NCBI GenBank assembly: GCA_965237955.1
Contig: OZ250169.1
Location: 6,816,001-6,880,000 of the forward strand
Direction of reading: 5' to 3'
DNA: 64,000 nucleotides
DNA from: Candidatus Marinacidobacterales bacterium
GTDB lineage: Bacteria; Acidobacteriota; Vicinamibacteria; Marinacidobacterales; SMYC01
The notes under the pieces are model-generated. The model saw nothing but the letters and a program-made list of their open reading frames with translations. It ran no database searches and was not told the origin of the DNA. Positions 1 through 9,956 of the stretch are shown piece by piece. Positions within the stretch are counted from its first letter, which is position 1. Each line of letters starts with the position of its first letter. Both the position numbers and the translations under genes were made by a program.

Positions 1-1741
1 GCTCGTCGGTCCTGAGCACGTTCATCCTGACGGGAAGCTCGCTCGGATGGAACGGGATCTCCGTCGTGGCAACGTCGCCTTCCTCCAACTTCCTCTGCCA
101 GGCTTCGAGCGAGAAAAGCATTCGCGGCTCCTCGGGTGGCATTCCAACCGAGCTCGTCGCGGTCTCGATCCAGGCACGGCTGAGCTCGACCACCACGAAG
201 TCGCCGATCGTCGAACGAACGAGCGCGAACAAATGGCCGTCGATCGGATCCCGAGTCAACGAAATCCCCACCCCGGGCAGTGCTCCAACGAGCTCCGGCT
301 CCACCGGCGACAACGTCTCGTCGAACGCCATTTTCCAAAGCGAGCCACGGCCGGCTCGGTCCAACAAGAAGTAGAGATACCCATCCGTGCCTTCGATGAT
401 CGTGCCGGGCGTTCCGGCCAACCGGAAGACGTGCTCCGGCCGCCCCGGCTGACCCTGAGGATCGAATTGGTAACGATAGATAGCGCCTTTTTCACGACTG
501 GTGACGTAGAGAGCGTCGTCGACGGCGAACGCCATGCCACCCGCCTGCGCAATCGCTTCCGTGCCTACGAAAACCGTGACTTCCGAGTCCTTCGAGATAC
601 CGCCGCCCGTGTCGGGTGCGACACGCGAGAGGTGGCCGATGCGAAGGCCCCACGCAGCGACGAACAACGAGCCCGCGAGAGGCCCCCTCTCGGGCCCGAA
701 CGTCAACGTCACCGGCGCCCTCACGTCCTCGAACAACGCGATGTCGTCCACGCGTGCCTCGTTGAATCGGTTTTCCATCAGGAAGGTGTACGCGTACGCG
801 GGATCCCGGTGGGGGTTCGCGCCGGCCGCGAGGATCACTCCCCAATCAGCGCCCGCGCGCGACGCGACGCCGGCCGGATAGTCGATGGGATGAAAATATC
901 GAGACAGTCGCAGGCCCGCGTACCGGCTTTCAAAGTCGACAGTGCCGGAACTCGGCGTCAACGCGACGGCGGTTACAAACGACAGCGGCGCGAGCGCATC
1001 TGCTCCCGGGAGAAACCGCACGCGAACGCGTACGGTCTTCAGCTCGTCGCCGTCTTCGACTTTTCCCGACGCGATGGGTTCTCCACGCTCGTCCAAATAC
1101 TCGAATGCGAGCGAGACGACGTCGCGCGAGAGCACGCGAGCTCCCACGCCGACGACGTCTTTCACGAGCTCCATCACACCGTCGCCTTCCGCTTCCCGCA
1201 GGAAGTAACGCACTTCGCGCAGACCAAACACCCTCCCTCCCGTGTCTCGAGAGAACCGATAGCGAAACGATCCATCTGCCGATTCCAGCGAGCGCAGCGC
1301 CATCGTGGTCTCGGACGCGCGCACGACTTCGGCCACCTCGTGCCGCCCACGCGCATCCGTCAAGAGCGCGATATCGCCTTTGTCGAACGAGTCGGCGCCG
1401 GCGAGGGCGACGTCCTCTCCCGGCTGCTGGAGCTCGGAAAGAAACACTCCGGCCGTAATGTTCGGATTTGACCGCACGGTGAGCGACGACGGCCCCACGC
1501 GCTCGCCTGGGACTCTCGGCAAAACGCTCGCAATACCAACGCCTAAACCGTGCCCCGCCAACGACAGCTCGTACGCGATGTCGTCGAGCGCGAGCGTCGC
1601 GCTGGCAGAGGTGGTCGCAAGCTCGGTCTGAGCTTCGTACACGCGCCGGACATGCTGCATCGTCTGAGCCACGAGTGCCATGACCACGAGGGTGATAGAG
1701 AGAGCAAGAAGCACCTCGAGCAGCGCGAACCCGGACTTCAA
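1..1741 (-). CDS. Type IV prepilin-motif protein (PilW-like N-terminus, long C-terminal beta-rich/propeller-like region); runs off the window edge
   Basis: Manual translation (absent from the ORF track because there is no stop in the window): TTG at 1741 gives MKSG|FALLEVLLALSITLVVMALVA, the class III signal G-F-x-L-x-E plus a hydrophobic helix. Then DDIAYELSLAG, VRYFL and FEYLD (PilW-like), then GMAFAVDDALYV and IIEGTDGYLYF (propeller-like). Open to base 1. Confidence 0.75.
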   Translation of the reverse strand, partial: MKSGFALLEVLLALSITLVVMALVAQTMQHVRRVYEAQTELATTSASATLALDDIAYELSLAGHGLGVGIASVLPRVPGERVGPSSLTVRSNPNITAGVFLSELQQPGEDVALAGADSFDKGDIALLTDARGRHEVAEVVRASETTMALRSLESADGSFRYRFSRDTGGRVFGLREVRYFLREAEGDGVMELVKDVVGVGARVLSRDVVSLAFEYLDERGEPIASGKVEDGDELKTVRVRVRFLPGADALAPLSFVTAVALTPSSGTVDFESRYAGLRLSRYFHPIDYPAGVASRAGADWGVILAAGANPHRDPAYAYTFLMENRFNEARVDDIALFEDVRAPVTLTFGPERGPLAGSLFVAAWGLRIGHLSRVAPDTGGGISKDSEVTVFVGTEAIAQAGGMAFAVDDALYVTSREKGAIYRYQFDPQGQPGRPEHVFRLAGTPGTIIEGTDGYLYFLLDRAGRGSLWKMAFDETLSPVEPELVGALPGVGISLTRDPIDGHLFALVRSTIGDFVVVELSRAWIETATSSVGMPPEEPRMLFSLEAWQRKLEEGDVATTEIPFHPSELPVRMNVLRTDE

Positions 1742-1823
1742 CCTCTCCCCCTTCCCGCCTTCGCGAGTAGCTTTCGCCTCCAGGGAGAGGTCGGCTCGCG
1801 CACGCGAGCCGGGTGAGTGGGAG
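1741..1823. repeat. REP-like palindromic element (CTCACCCG-hairpin-CCTCTCCC...GGGAGAGGTT family), minus orientation
   Basis: Same architecture as the elements at 19568, 46022 and 52435. Confidence 0.65.
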
Positions 1824-1826
1824 CGA

Positions 1827-2437
1827 CTAAACGCTCCAGTTCTCAAAAACCCAACACAAAGCGTGAACGTGTCAGAAGCCATCATGATGAACGTGTGCGT
1901 GTGATGCACGAGCACCCAGTCGCGCATTCCTTCGAGTTTCGTGTTCTCGACGCGCACGACGCCGTCGTTGGGCTCGTTGAAGCCGACGCGGTGCCCTCTG
2001 TCGCCCGCAACCACCCCAAACTCGACAGTGGGGACGGGAAGCTGCTGATAGAAGCTTCCATCCCCGAGCTTTTGACCGCTATCACCGGTCATCCACTTGT
2101 ACACGCGCGAGTGTCGCATCGAGCTCGCGAGCGCAGCGGGTCCGTTCGGCGGCGAGAGCATGACCACCCGCTTCAATCCGGAACGGTAGCCCGTACGAAA
2201 ACCGTTCCGCACGATGATGTTGCCGAGCGAATGCCCAATGAGGTGGTAAGCGGGAGCCTTCACCTCGTTGTCGATGAGAGCCTTGAGCCGTTGGGTGAGC
2301 TCGTCGAGCGATTCTCTCCGCGGAGAGTAGCCGAAGAGATGGGTCTCGTAGCCGCTCCGCCGGAGCCGCAAGGCGAGAAGCGCCATCGAAATCCACGAGC
2401 GGCCCATGCCGTGTAGCAAAACGACAGCCTCCGCCAT
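1827..2437 (-). CDS. Alpha/beta hydrolase (lipase/esterase-like); its stop codon is missing as sequenced
   Basis: Manual translation from ATG 2437: VVLLHGMGR, GHSLG nucleophile elbow, NDGVV, HTHTFIM. It reads in frame into the prepilin ORF; one extra T in TTTAG (1827-1831) would give ...GAF-stop. Confidence 0.8.
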
Positions 2438-2440
2438 GTA

Positions 2441-2989
2441 TCAGGCGAGCTCGGCGCCCGCGACGCGCTCGTAGACTTCGCGGTCCGATTCCGAGAAGCA
2501 GCAGAACACCACGCGCTCGGGCGTGACATTAGCTCGATGGGCTCGATGGGCTCGAAGCCACGCGCGGACGGCCGATTGGGCGACAACCGCGGCTTTGTCG
2601 ATCGGATAACCGTAAATGCCGGTCGAGATGCACGGGAACGCGATCGAGCCGAGCTCGGCGTTGGAGGCGAGATCGAGCGCGCTCCGGTAGCAGCTCGAAA
2701 GAAGCTCGGGCTCCCCTTCGCCGCCGCCGCTCCAGACCGGCCCGACCGCGTGGATCACGTACCTTGCCGGAAGTCGAAAGCCTTCGGTCATCTTCGCCTC
2801 GCCCGTCCGAGCGCCACCGAGACCGCGGCACACCTCCAAGAGCTCGGGTCCAGCGGCCCGATGAATGGCGCCGTCGACGCCGCCACCGCCCAAAAGGCTC
2901 GAGTTCGCCGCGTTGACGATGGCGTCCACGTCCAGGCTGGTGATGTCGTCGCACACGACCTCGACCCGGCCGTCCAGATAGATCGGCAA
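2441..2989 (-). CDS. ymdB: Macro-domain O-acetyl-ADP-ribose deacetylase
   Basis: [38 protein letters not shown] and [12 protein letters not shown] motifs; GGAGG 9 nt before TTG 2989. Confidence 0.92.
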   Translation of the reverse strand: MPIYLDGRVEVVCDDITSLDVDAIVNAANSSLLGGGGVDGAIHRAAGPELLEVCRGLGGARTGEAKMTEGFRLPARYVIHAVGPVWSGGGEGEPELLSSCYRSALDLASNAELGSIAFPCISTGIYGYPIDKAAVVAQSAVRAWLRAHRAHRANVTPERVVFCCFSESDREVYERVAGAELA

Positions 2990-5776
2990 GAAACGAAACC
3001 TCCCGGAAGCACCATGATAGCTCCCATTTGCTATTCTAAAGGTAGATCCACAAAACAAACCGAGGTTCCAGGCGTGGGCTCGACGCCCGCGAACCGAGCG
3101 ATTCTGCATGTCTGACCGCTACGTTCTGATCGTCAATGAAAACGACGCCTTCTGCGATCGCCTTTCGCAACTCCTTCCATCTCATGGAGTTCGCATGGTG
3201 ATCGCGAACGACAACGACAGCGAGACGCTCTCGTTACTGGCTCGGCATCGACCGAAGCTCGTCTTCATCTCCGTGGAGCTACCGGACAAAAAAGGCTTCT
3301 CGCTGTTCACCAAGGTCAAGAAGGCCCAGCGCAACGTGCCGGTCGTGCTCACGACCTCGACGGTCTCGAAAGCCGACATGAAGCTCCACGAGAAGCTCCG
3401 CATCCACGCGTCGGCTTACATCGACAAGCGCGAACTGACTGACGAACTACTCGCCGAGATTCTCGAGGCGCGGGGGTTCTCGAACACCGCACCCGAAGAG
3501 GGAGAGGCTGCGCCTGAAGCCGAGGCCGCTGAGCTCGTCCGCGGCGAACCACTCGACACCGCGCCGAGCGACGAGAAACCTGAACATCGTGAGGCGGATA
3601 TCGACCCGAGGCTCACACAGTTTCTCGATCCCGAAACCGCGGCGACCTTCGACGAGATTGACGAAGAAGCATCCGAGTTCACGCGAGTGCCGAAGACGAA
3701 GGCCGGAGACGTGTCGCCCGAACGCCTCGCCGAGCTCGAAGACCTCGCCGCGCGACTCGAGGACGAGCTCGAGCAAGCGCGCAGCGACGCGCGGAGTTCT
3801 CCGTTCACGAGCGAGTTCGTCACGTTGCGCGAAGCAGCGAACCGCAAAGAGGAAGAAATTGTAGCGCTCAAAGAGACGATCAGCCGTCGTGACGGCTACG
3901 TGTTGGTCGTCAAGCGCGAGCTCGCCGAGCTCGCCAAAAAGCTCGTGGATGCACAAAAAGACCACGAACAAAGCGCGGAGGAAGCGACCGAGCTCGAAGA
4001 GCGCCTGGACAGCACACAGAAAAAACTGGAGCACATTGCCGCCGAGCTCGAGGAGCAACAGCGGCTCCACGAGCGCGAAATCGAAGCTCTCAAGGAGGCT
4101 CTGTCGGAGGAGCAAGTCCGCGTGACGGTCACCCGTCACGAGCTCGAAGGCCAGATCACGGAGCTACGCGCGGAGCGGACCAAGTTGGTTCAGGAAGGCG
4201 AGGAGTCACACCAGAAAGCGCTCAAGGAGCTCGAGACGATCCTTCGGGAGGAAAGGGCGACCGCAATCGCCGACCTCAAGGAGAAATACACAGAAAAGCT
4301 GAAAGAGGTCGACGAAAGTCGCGGTCGAACGCTTACAGAAGCTCGCGCCGAGCACGAAAAGGAGATCGCGGCGCTGCACGAAATGCATATCGCAGCTCTC
4401 GAGCGCGCCGCGGCTGAAGCTTCCGAAGCGACGGGCGACGCGGCGGCCAAGAGTGCCGAAGGCCTCGAGCAGTCGAACGCGCAGCGGGTCGCGGAGCTCG
4501 CGCAGGCGGAGCAAAAACGTTCTGCGGATCTCGAAGCCGCCGAAAAGCGACACCGTGCCAAGCTAGAATCGCTACTCCAAAAAAACGGCGCCGAGCGCGA
4601 AGAGCTCGAGAAGAAAGCGGACGCCGCAGTCAACGCCAATGAGAGCATGCTGGACGAGGTCAACGCGAAAGTCCAGGACGTCCTCAAGAGCTGGGAGAAG
4701 GAGCGCCAAAGCCACCACCAGACCCGTGAGCGCTACGAGACGGACCTCGCGGGCCTTCAGGCCGAACACACCAAACACTTGGAGCAGACCGAGCAGGATC
4801 AGTTCTCGGTGCTCGCGGGGCTGTCCCGGAAGTTCCGCGACGAACGGACCAAGGCGCTCGAGGCCGAGCGCGCCCGAGGAGAGTTGAAGCTCGAGGAGCT
4901 CAACCACGAGCACGCTGGCGCGCTCGCATCGCGCAACAAACTGCACCAGGAAAAGACAGAGAGCCTGAGGACGGCCCACGAGAGTGCGCTCGCCGAGAAG
5001 GGCCTGGAAATCGAGCAAAAAATCGCGGACGCGATCGAGCGCGCCACGAGCTCGCTCACGAAGGAACACGAGGAAGCCCGGCAGAGCCACGCGAATCAGC
5101 TGGCTTCACTCAGGCAGAGCAAGGAGCAAGACATCGGTTCACTCCAGGCGAGCCACATGGAAGCGCTGGCCAAAAAGGATCAGGAAGCGCAACAGGCTCT
5201 GCGAGAAGGCGTCGAGCAGGTGAAAGCCGACACCGGCGACCAGATCGAGCAACTTCAAGAGGAACATGCCCAAGCGCTTGCGGCCCTCCGCAAGGACTAC
5301 GAGGAGGAGCTCGGGACCCTGGAAGAGCTGCATCGAAGCGCCGTGTCCCATCACGAAAGTGCTGCGCGCACGACTCTGAGGAGCGTCGAGGACGAACGGG
5401 ACGAGGCGCGGGTGGTGCTCGACGGGGTCCGCGCCGAGATGGCGGAGATGGCGGCCAAACACCGCTCAACCGTGTCTGTGCTCGAAGAACAACAAAAGGC
5501 CGAGCTCAAAGATCTCAAGGACGAGGCAAAAGCCAAGGTTTCGCAGCTCGAGGACGAGAAGCAATTCCTCGCATCCTCCGTCGAGAAGCTGAAACGTCAG
5601 TCAACCGGAGAGCTCGAGCGAGCCACCGATGCGCTCGCGCACGAAAAACAGCTCCACCAGGCCAACCGGAACCGCTACGAACGGCGGGTGACGGAGCTCA
5701 AGAGCCGGCACGCTGAAGGCCTCAAGCGCGTCGAGAACGACTGGATGCAAAAGCTCGAGCACCTCGAGAAAAATAT

Positions 5777-7498
5777 GCCTCTCCTGCCATTTCAGTGGAT
5801 CCTCTCGAGGGTGAGACCGCCACAGTTTAGGTAGACGAGACTGATGAGAGCTTCGGCAGAGTGGAGTCCAAAGCTGCGGTGGCTCAGCAGCCGGATTTTG
5901 TTGTTCATTCCTTCGAGTCGGCCGTTGCTGAGTCTCCACGTGACCCACGCGATGACGCCATCGAAGTGGCTGCGGATCATCTTCGCCGCGCGTTTGACGG
6001 GCTCTATCCTCGAGCTCATAGCGCGCCGCAGCCATCCTCGGAGAAACTTCTTGGCCCATGTCTCGGTTTTGTAGGTGTAGAGGTCCATGAAGTCGTCGCG
6101 CAGAAGCATGGCGCGGTAGAGGCGACGATTAGCTCGCACCTGCTCGCGGAGCACCCGTTTGTCTTTCGCGCTGCGGTTGTGTTTGGCCTTGAGAAGGGGA
6201 AACTTGGTGTTCTTGAGGTTGCGCCGGGCAGTCCCTTTGAGCTCGCGCACCAGCTCGCGCCGGGTCTTATCCACGGCCTCGTTCAGATGCTTGACGATGT
6301 GGAAGCGGTCAAAGATCACCCGTGCCTGAGGAGCCTTTTTGCCGACGACAGTTATGTACGGCTCCCACATGTCCATGCTGACCGCTTCGAGCTCCGCGGC
6401 TCTTTGTGGTCCGAGCTTGCGGAAAAACCGCAGCAGCGTCTTGGCCTTGCGCTCCTTTCCCGCCCAGACGACCCGGCCGCTGAGATGGTCTATTACCACT
6501 GTTAAGTACTTGTGGCGTTTGCGGTAGCTGATCTCGTCCATCCCAATCACCCGCAATCCATCGAGCTCGCGCCGCTCATCCCGCTGCTCGGCAACCACTC
6601 GCTGGATGATCCGTCGCACCGAACGCCACGTCACTCGGAAATAGTTCGCTACGGCGCTGACGTCCGTCCTCTGTGCCAGCCACGCTACCTCTTGTTCGAA
6701 GCTTTTGGTAAAGCGGCTTCCCTTGTCGGCCCAAGGCACCTTTTCTCTGACCACTCCACACCGCCGACATAGCACTCGTCGGATCGAGTAGCGAAGATAG
6801 GTCCGGACTCCGAACAGGTCCAAGTGCCGCCAGTAGCGATTGTAGCGATCTTTGTTCTTGCGGACCTTTCGTCCGCAAATCCCGCACAGAGGCTTCCTCC
6901 TCCGTGGTACTACATCCACCACCACTCTGGCTTTGTCCGCCTGGAAGTGGAAACCTCGGACCCACAGGCCTTGCAATCCGATGAGCTTGTTGACTAACGT
7001 AGTAACGCGCATCGCGGGAACGCTCTTTTCTCTTTCGGAAAAAAAGATTCTAGCGTTCTCGCCGATGCGCATCTACACATGGCTTACCCTCTCAACCCAC
7101 GGGCCTCACCAAATGCCACTGCCCCTCAGCGGGAGACGAGGCTGTGGGAAACGCCCCCACGTTTGTTCTGGTCGTTCAGACCTTGCTCACGACTGAGTTC
7201 TCTTCGAAGCCTGGAAGGGCGTTTTCCATAGCCTCCACTAATCGAGCCCCCCCTTCCTTATTCCATATGAATTAATCTTTCTTGTATATATATCAGGAGG
7301 GGCCTGTGGGCGCTCGTGGGAAACGCGAAGCGTTTTCCAAGCGATTGTGGAAAACGCCGCTCCACGTTTGTACGTGCTCACAACCTTTCCCTAAACGCCT
7401 CTCTCGCCCGGAGTTTTCGGCGTTTTCCACAATCGCGGCAGCGTCCATAGGCCATGCCCTCCAACACAAATCAGATCCCCCGAAACGACAGGAGAACC
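5777..7498 (-). mobile_element. ISL3-family insertion sequence, copy 1 (1722 bp)
   Basis: Imperfect terminal IRs GGTTCTCCTGTCGTTTC / GCCTCTCCTGCCATTTC; 8-bp target duplication AAAAATAT (5769-5776) / AAGAATAT (7499-7506); near-identical copy at 40638. Confidence 0.93.
5792..7012 (-). CDS. ISL3-family transposase
   Basis: CxxC...CxxC zinc finger; GMDE, SMDMW, DRFH and SNGRLEGMNNKI motifs; start taken as MRVTT. Confidence 0.93.
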   Translation of the reverse strand: MRVTTLVNKLIGLQGLWVRGFHFQADKARVVVDVVPRRRKPLCGICGRKVRKNKDRYNRYWRHLDLFGVRTYLRYSIRRVLCRRCGVVREKVPWADKGSRFTKSFEQEVAWLAQRTDVSAVANYFRVTWRSVRRIIQRVVAEQRDERRELDGLRVIGMDEISYRKRHKYLTVVIDHLSGRVVWAGKERKAKTLLRFFRKLGPQRAAELEAVSMDMWEPYITVVGKKAPQARVIFDRFHIVKHLNEAVDKTRRELVRELKGTARRNLKNTKFPLLKAKHNRSAKDKRVLREQVRANRRLYRAMLLRDDFMDLYTYKTETWAKKFLRGWLRRAMSSRIEPVKRAAKMIRSHFDGVIAWVTWRLSNGRLEGMNNKIRLLSHRSFGLHSAEALISLVYLNCGGLTLERIH

Positions 7499-7975
7499 AA
7501 GAATATTAACGGGCGGAGCGAAAAGGCCGCGTCGACGGCGAAGCGCGACGGGAAGGCCAATCTCGAGAAAGTCCTCCTGCAGCACGAAGAAGCTAACGCT
7601 TCGCTTCGCAAAGAGTTCGAGATGGAACTGGCCACCTCGAAGCAACAAGTCCACCGTGCCAGCGGGTTCGAGGAGTCCTATCAGGAAGTTGCCCGCGAGC
7701 TCACGACGGTGCAAGGCCAGCTGGAGTCACTGACTCGGGACTTGGCTGACGCTCACGGGGAGCTCGCCGAGCGCGACAAGCTCGTCGCGAAGCACAAGAA
7801 GAAGGTCGCCGACAACAAAGAGACGATCGACTCACTGAAAACCGTGATCAACGACTTCTCCCGCTCTGTCGATGGCTACCTGCAAGATCGGGACGATCAG
7901 GATCAGACGATCTCGTCGCTCAAGAAAGTCATCGCGGACATGTATCGGAGCATTGATGGGGAAGAGCAGAATTGA

Positions 7976-8108
7976 TCAGCATTCAGCCAGTCAGCATTCA
8001 GTATTCAGGATCTACGACAGAAGCGACGTTGCTAAAGGGCACGACGGAGATTTGAGCGCCCAGCGCCAACGGAGGCCAGCGGAACTGAATGCTGTATGCT
8101 GGGATGCT
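7976..8108. repeat. Intergenic short-unit inverted repeat (CAGCATTCAG ... CTGAATGCTG) between convergent genes
   Basis: Tandem TCAGCAT/TCAGTAT units at 7976-8008 are mirrored by CTGAATGCTGTATGCTG at 8085-8101. Confidence 0.5.
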
Positions 8109-8109
8109 G

Positions 8110-8279
8110 CTACGACTGAATCTTTCTCAGCTTCTCCAAAATCTCATCGGCGATCTCCATCTCTTCTTGCGCCGAGAGCAGGTAACCGGGCAGAGTAGAC
8201 CGGTACTTTTGGCAGGCTTTCAATAAGAGCTCGACTTCCGCCGCCTGTAGATCTACCCGGCAGCCGTTGGCGGGAACAT
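8110..8279 (-). CDS. Small hypothetical helical protein (start out of frame as sequenced)
   Basis: VDLQAAEVELLLKACQKYRSTLP...KIQS looks coding. The GGAGGGG-ACA-ATG at 8279 is off by one base (CCC run). Confidence 0.45.
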
Positions 8280-8335
8280 TGTCCCCTCCATCGTCTTGCC
8301 GGGTAGATCCATTTCCTATCGGCTGCGCCGTACCC

Positions 8336-9157
8336 TTAGTTGTCTTTGTCAGAATCCGACTCGTCCGAGGTTTTCGGAGCCGGAGCGGCCGGCCGCGCAT
8401 CGAGCTTTGACTTGGCTTTCGGGCTCGGAACCGCCTTCGGGCGATCTTGAGCGAGTTGAGAGCTGCGCCGGGGGGAGATCTCTCTGCGGTCCTCGACGGT
8501 GACGAGAAGCACTGGCGGAATCACGTCCTCCATGCGCTTGCGATCATCGAAGAACGCGTTCCGGATGCTGGACGTGTGGATCGCGACTTCTTCCATCTCA
8601 GCGTTCTCGTCGTCTTCGAGAGCCGCAATCTTGTCGAGCACCTCGAGAATCGCGCGGTTCAGCGGATCGTCCTGCCCCTTCTCCTTGTCCAAGTGCTTGC
8701 CAATCGCATTGGAGTCCGCAATCGACAGTGGGTAGATGCGGTAGCCATCACGAGGCGAGCTGTAAACGGACTGGAGCACACCGAGGATCACCGAAAGGTT
8801 CTTCGCGTAGATGCCGCCTTTGTGCCAGCGCGTCATCATCGCGAGGATACGGCCGACGATGTACTTGTTCGGCTGCACACCCGAGAGGAGCAAGAACGGG
8901 TCCCGCTCACCGATGAGCGAGTCGATGACCCAATGGTTCTCGATCTCGAGCATCCGCAAAAACACTGGATAGTTTTCCGGGGTGATGCCGACACTGCTCA
9001 GAAACTGCGCGTAGGTTACCGCAGCTTCGACAGCTTCGGTGGTGCGGCAGCCGAACACACCTTGCAGCAGCAGGTTCTCGATCTCGCCGACACGTTCTTC
9101 GTTGGGCAAGCCTGTAATCTCGGCCTGGATTTTTACTGCTTCCATTACCTGAGCCAT
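8336..9157 (-). CDS. Hypothetical protein, paralog of 9177-9869
   Basis: 273-aa ORF sharing MLEIENHWV.D.LIGE.DPFLLLS, YSSPRDGY.IY and GKHL.KEKGQ.DP.NR with its neighbour. Confidence 0.85.
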   Translation of the reverse strand: MAQVMEAVKIQAEITGLPNEERVGEIENLLLQGVFGCRTTEAVEAAVTYAQFLSSVGITPENYPVFLRMLEIENHWVIDSLIGERDPFLLLSGVQPNKYIVGRILAMMTRWHKGGIYAKNLSVILGVLQSVYSSPRDGYRIYPLSIADSNAIGKHLDKEKGQDDPLNRAILEVLDKIAALEDDENAEMEEVAIHTSSIRNAFFDDRKRMEDVIPPVLLVTVEDRREISPRRSSQLAQDRPKAVPSPKAKSKLDARPAAPAPKTSDESDSDKDN

Positions 9158-9176
9158 TGTTTTCTACCTCTCTCTT

Positions 9177-9869
9177 CTAATCTGCGAACAGCTGCTGCGG
9201 TGCGACTTCTTCTTGCCGGTAGTCGCCGCGAACCAAGAGCACCTGCGGGATGCAATCCTCGAGGGCTTTGGTGTTGTCGAAGAAGTTGCTTCTGATCTTG
9301 AGGGCCTGGCGAGCCACTTGTTCCATGGACTCGTACCAGCGCAGTCCCTCGAGAGTACCGATGCGATCCAGGATGTCGAGGATGCAGCGGTTCCGCGGGT
9401 CGTTTTGACCTTTTTCTTTCTCGAGGTGTTTGCCGAGATTGTCGATGTCGGCAACGCTCAAGTGATAGATCTTGTAGCCGTCTCGTGGCGAGCTGTAGGT
9501 GTTCTGCAGCACGCCGAGCACGATGGCGAGCGTCTTGGGATAGATACCACCGGCGCGCCAACGCGTGAGCAGTTGAAAGCACTTCGAGCTCAAGTACTCG
9601 TTCGGTGGAATCGTCGACAGCAGGAGGAAAGGATCGGTCTCACCGATGAGCGCATCGAGCACCCAGTGGTTCTCGATTTCTAGCATTTTCAGGAACAACG
9701 GATAGTTATCCGCGTCCAGACCCGACATCCTGAGAAATCGGGAGAAGGCGATGGAGGCTTGGGCTCCTTCCGGTGTCCGGGCCGACATCACTTGCTGGAG
9801 GATCTTGTTCTCTACGTCGAGAACAGATTCTCGCGTCCAAAGTTTGGCTACTTGTTCCGCTTTCGGCAT
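9177..9869 (-). CDS. Hypothetical protein, paralog of 8336-9157
   Basis: 230-aa ORF collinear with the neighbouring ORF over nearly its full length; AAGGA upstream. Confidence 0.85.
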   Translation of the reverse strand: MPKAEQVAKLWTRESVLDVENKILQQVMSARTPEGAQASIAFSRFLRMSGLDADNYPLFLKMLEIENHWVLDALIGETDPFLLLSTIPPNEYLSSKCFQLLTRWRAGGIYPKTLAIVLGVLQNTYSSPRDGYKIYHLSVADIDNLGKHLEKEKGQNDPRNRCILDILDRIGTLEGLRWYESMEQVARQALKIRSNFFDNTKALEDCIPQVLLVRGDYRQEEVAPQQLFAD

Positions 9870-9956
9870 GTCCAGTTCATCCTTGGTTGGCCTAGTTAGT
9901 ACCCGTCCTGAAGCCTGTAAGGGATTGAGAAAAAAGGAGAAATCGCAAATTTAGGG

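Larger units (their letters stand above)
3108..7975 (+). pseudogene. Pseudo-receiver + long coiled-coil protein (AglZ/FrzS-like), interrupted by ISL3
   Basis: N-terminal REC fold with Ser at the phospho-Asp position (VFISVELP) and an E/K/A-rich coiled coil. Removing 5777-7506 rejoins LEKN|INGRSEK in frame to the stop at 7975 (1045 aa). Confidence 0.8.

Noticed and set aside
47-1471. 474-aa plus-strand ORF, and similar long ORFs at 1817, 8447, 25984, 43111, 46463, 49538, 53129 and 59770
   Set aside because: Shadow or alternative-frame ORFs overlapping well-supported genes in GC-rich DNA; R/H/V-rich, no motifs.
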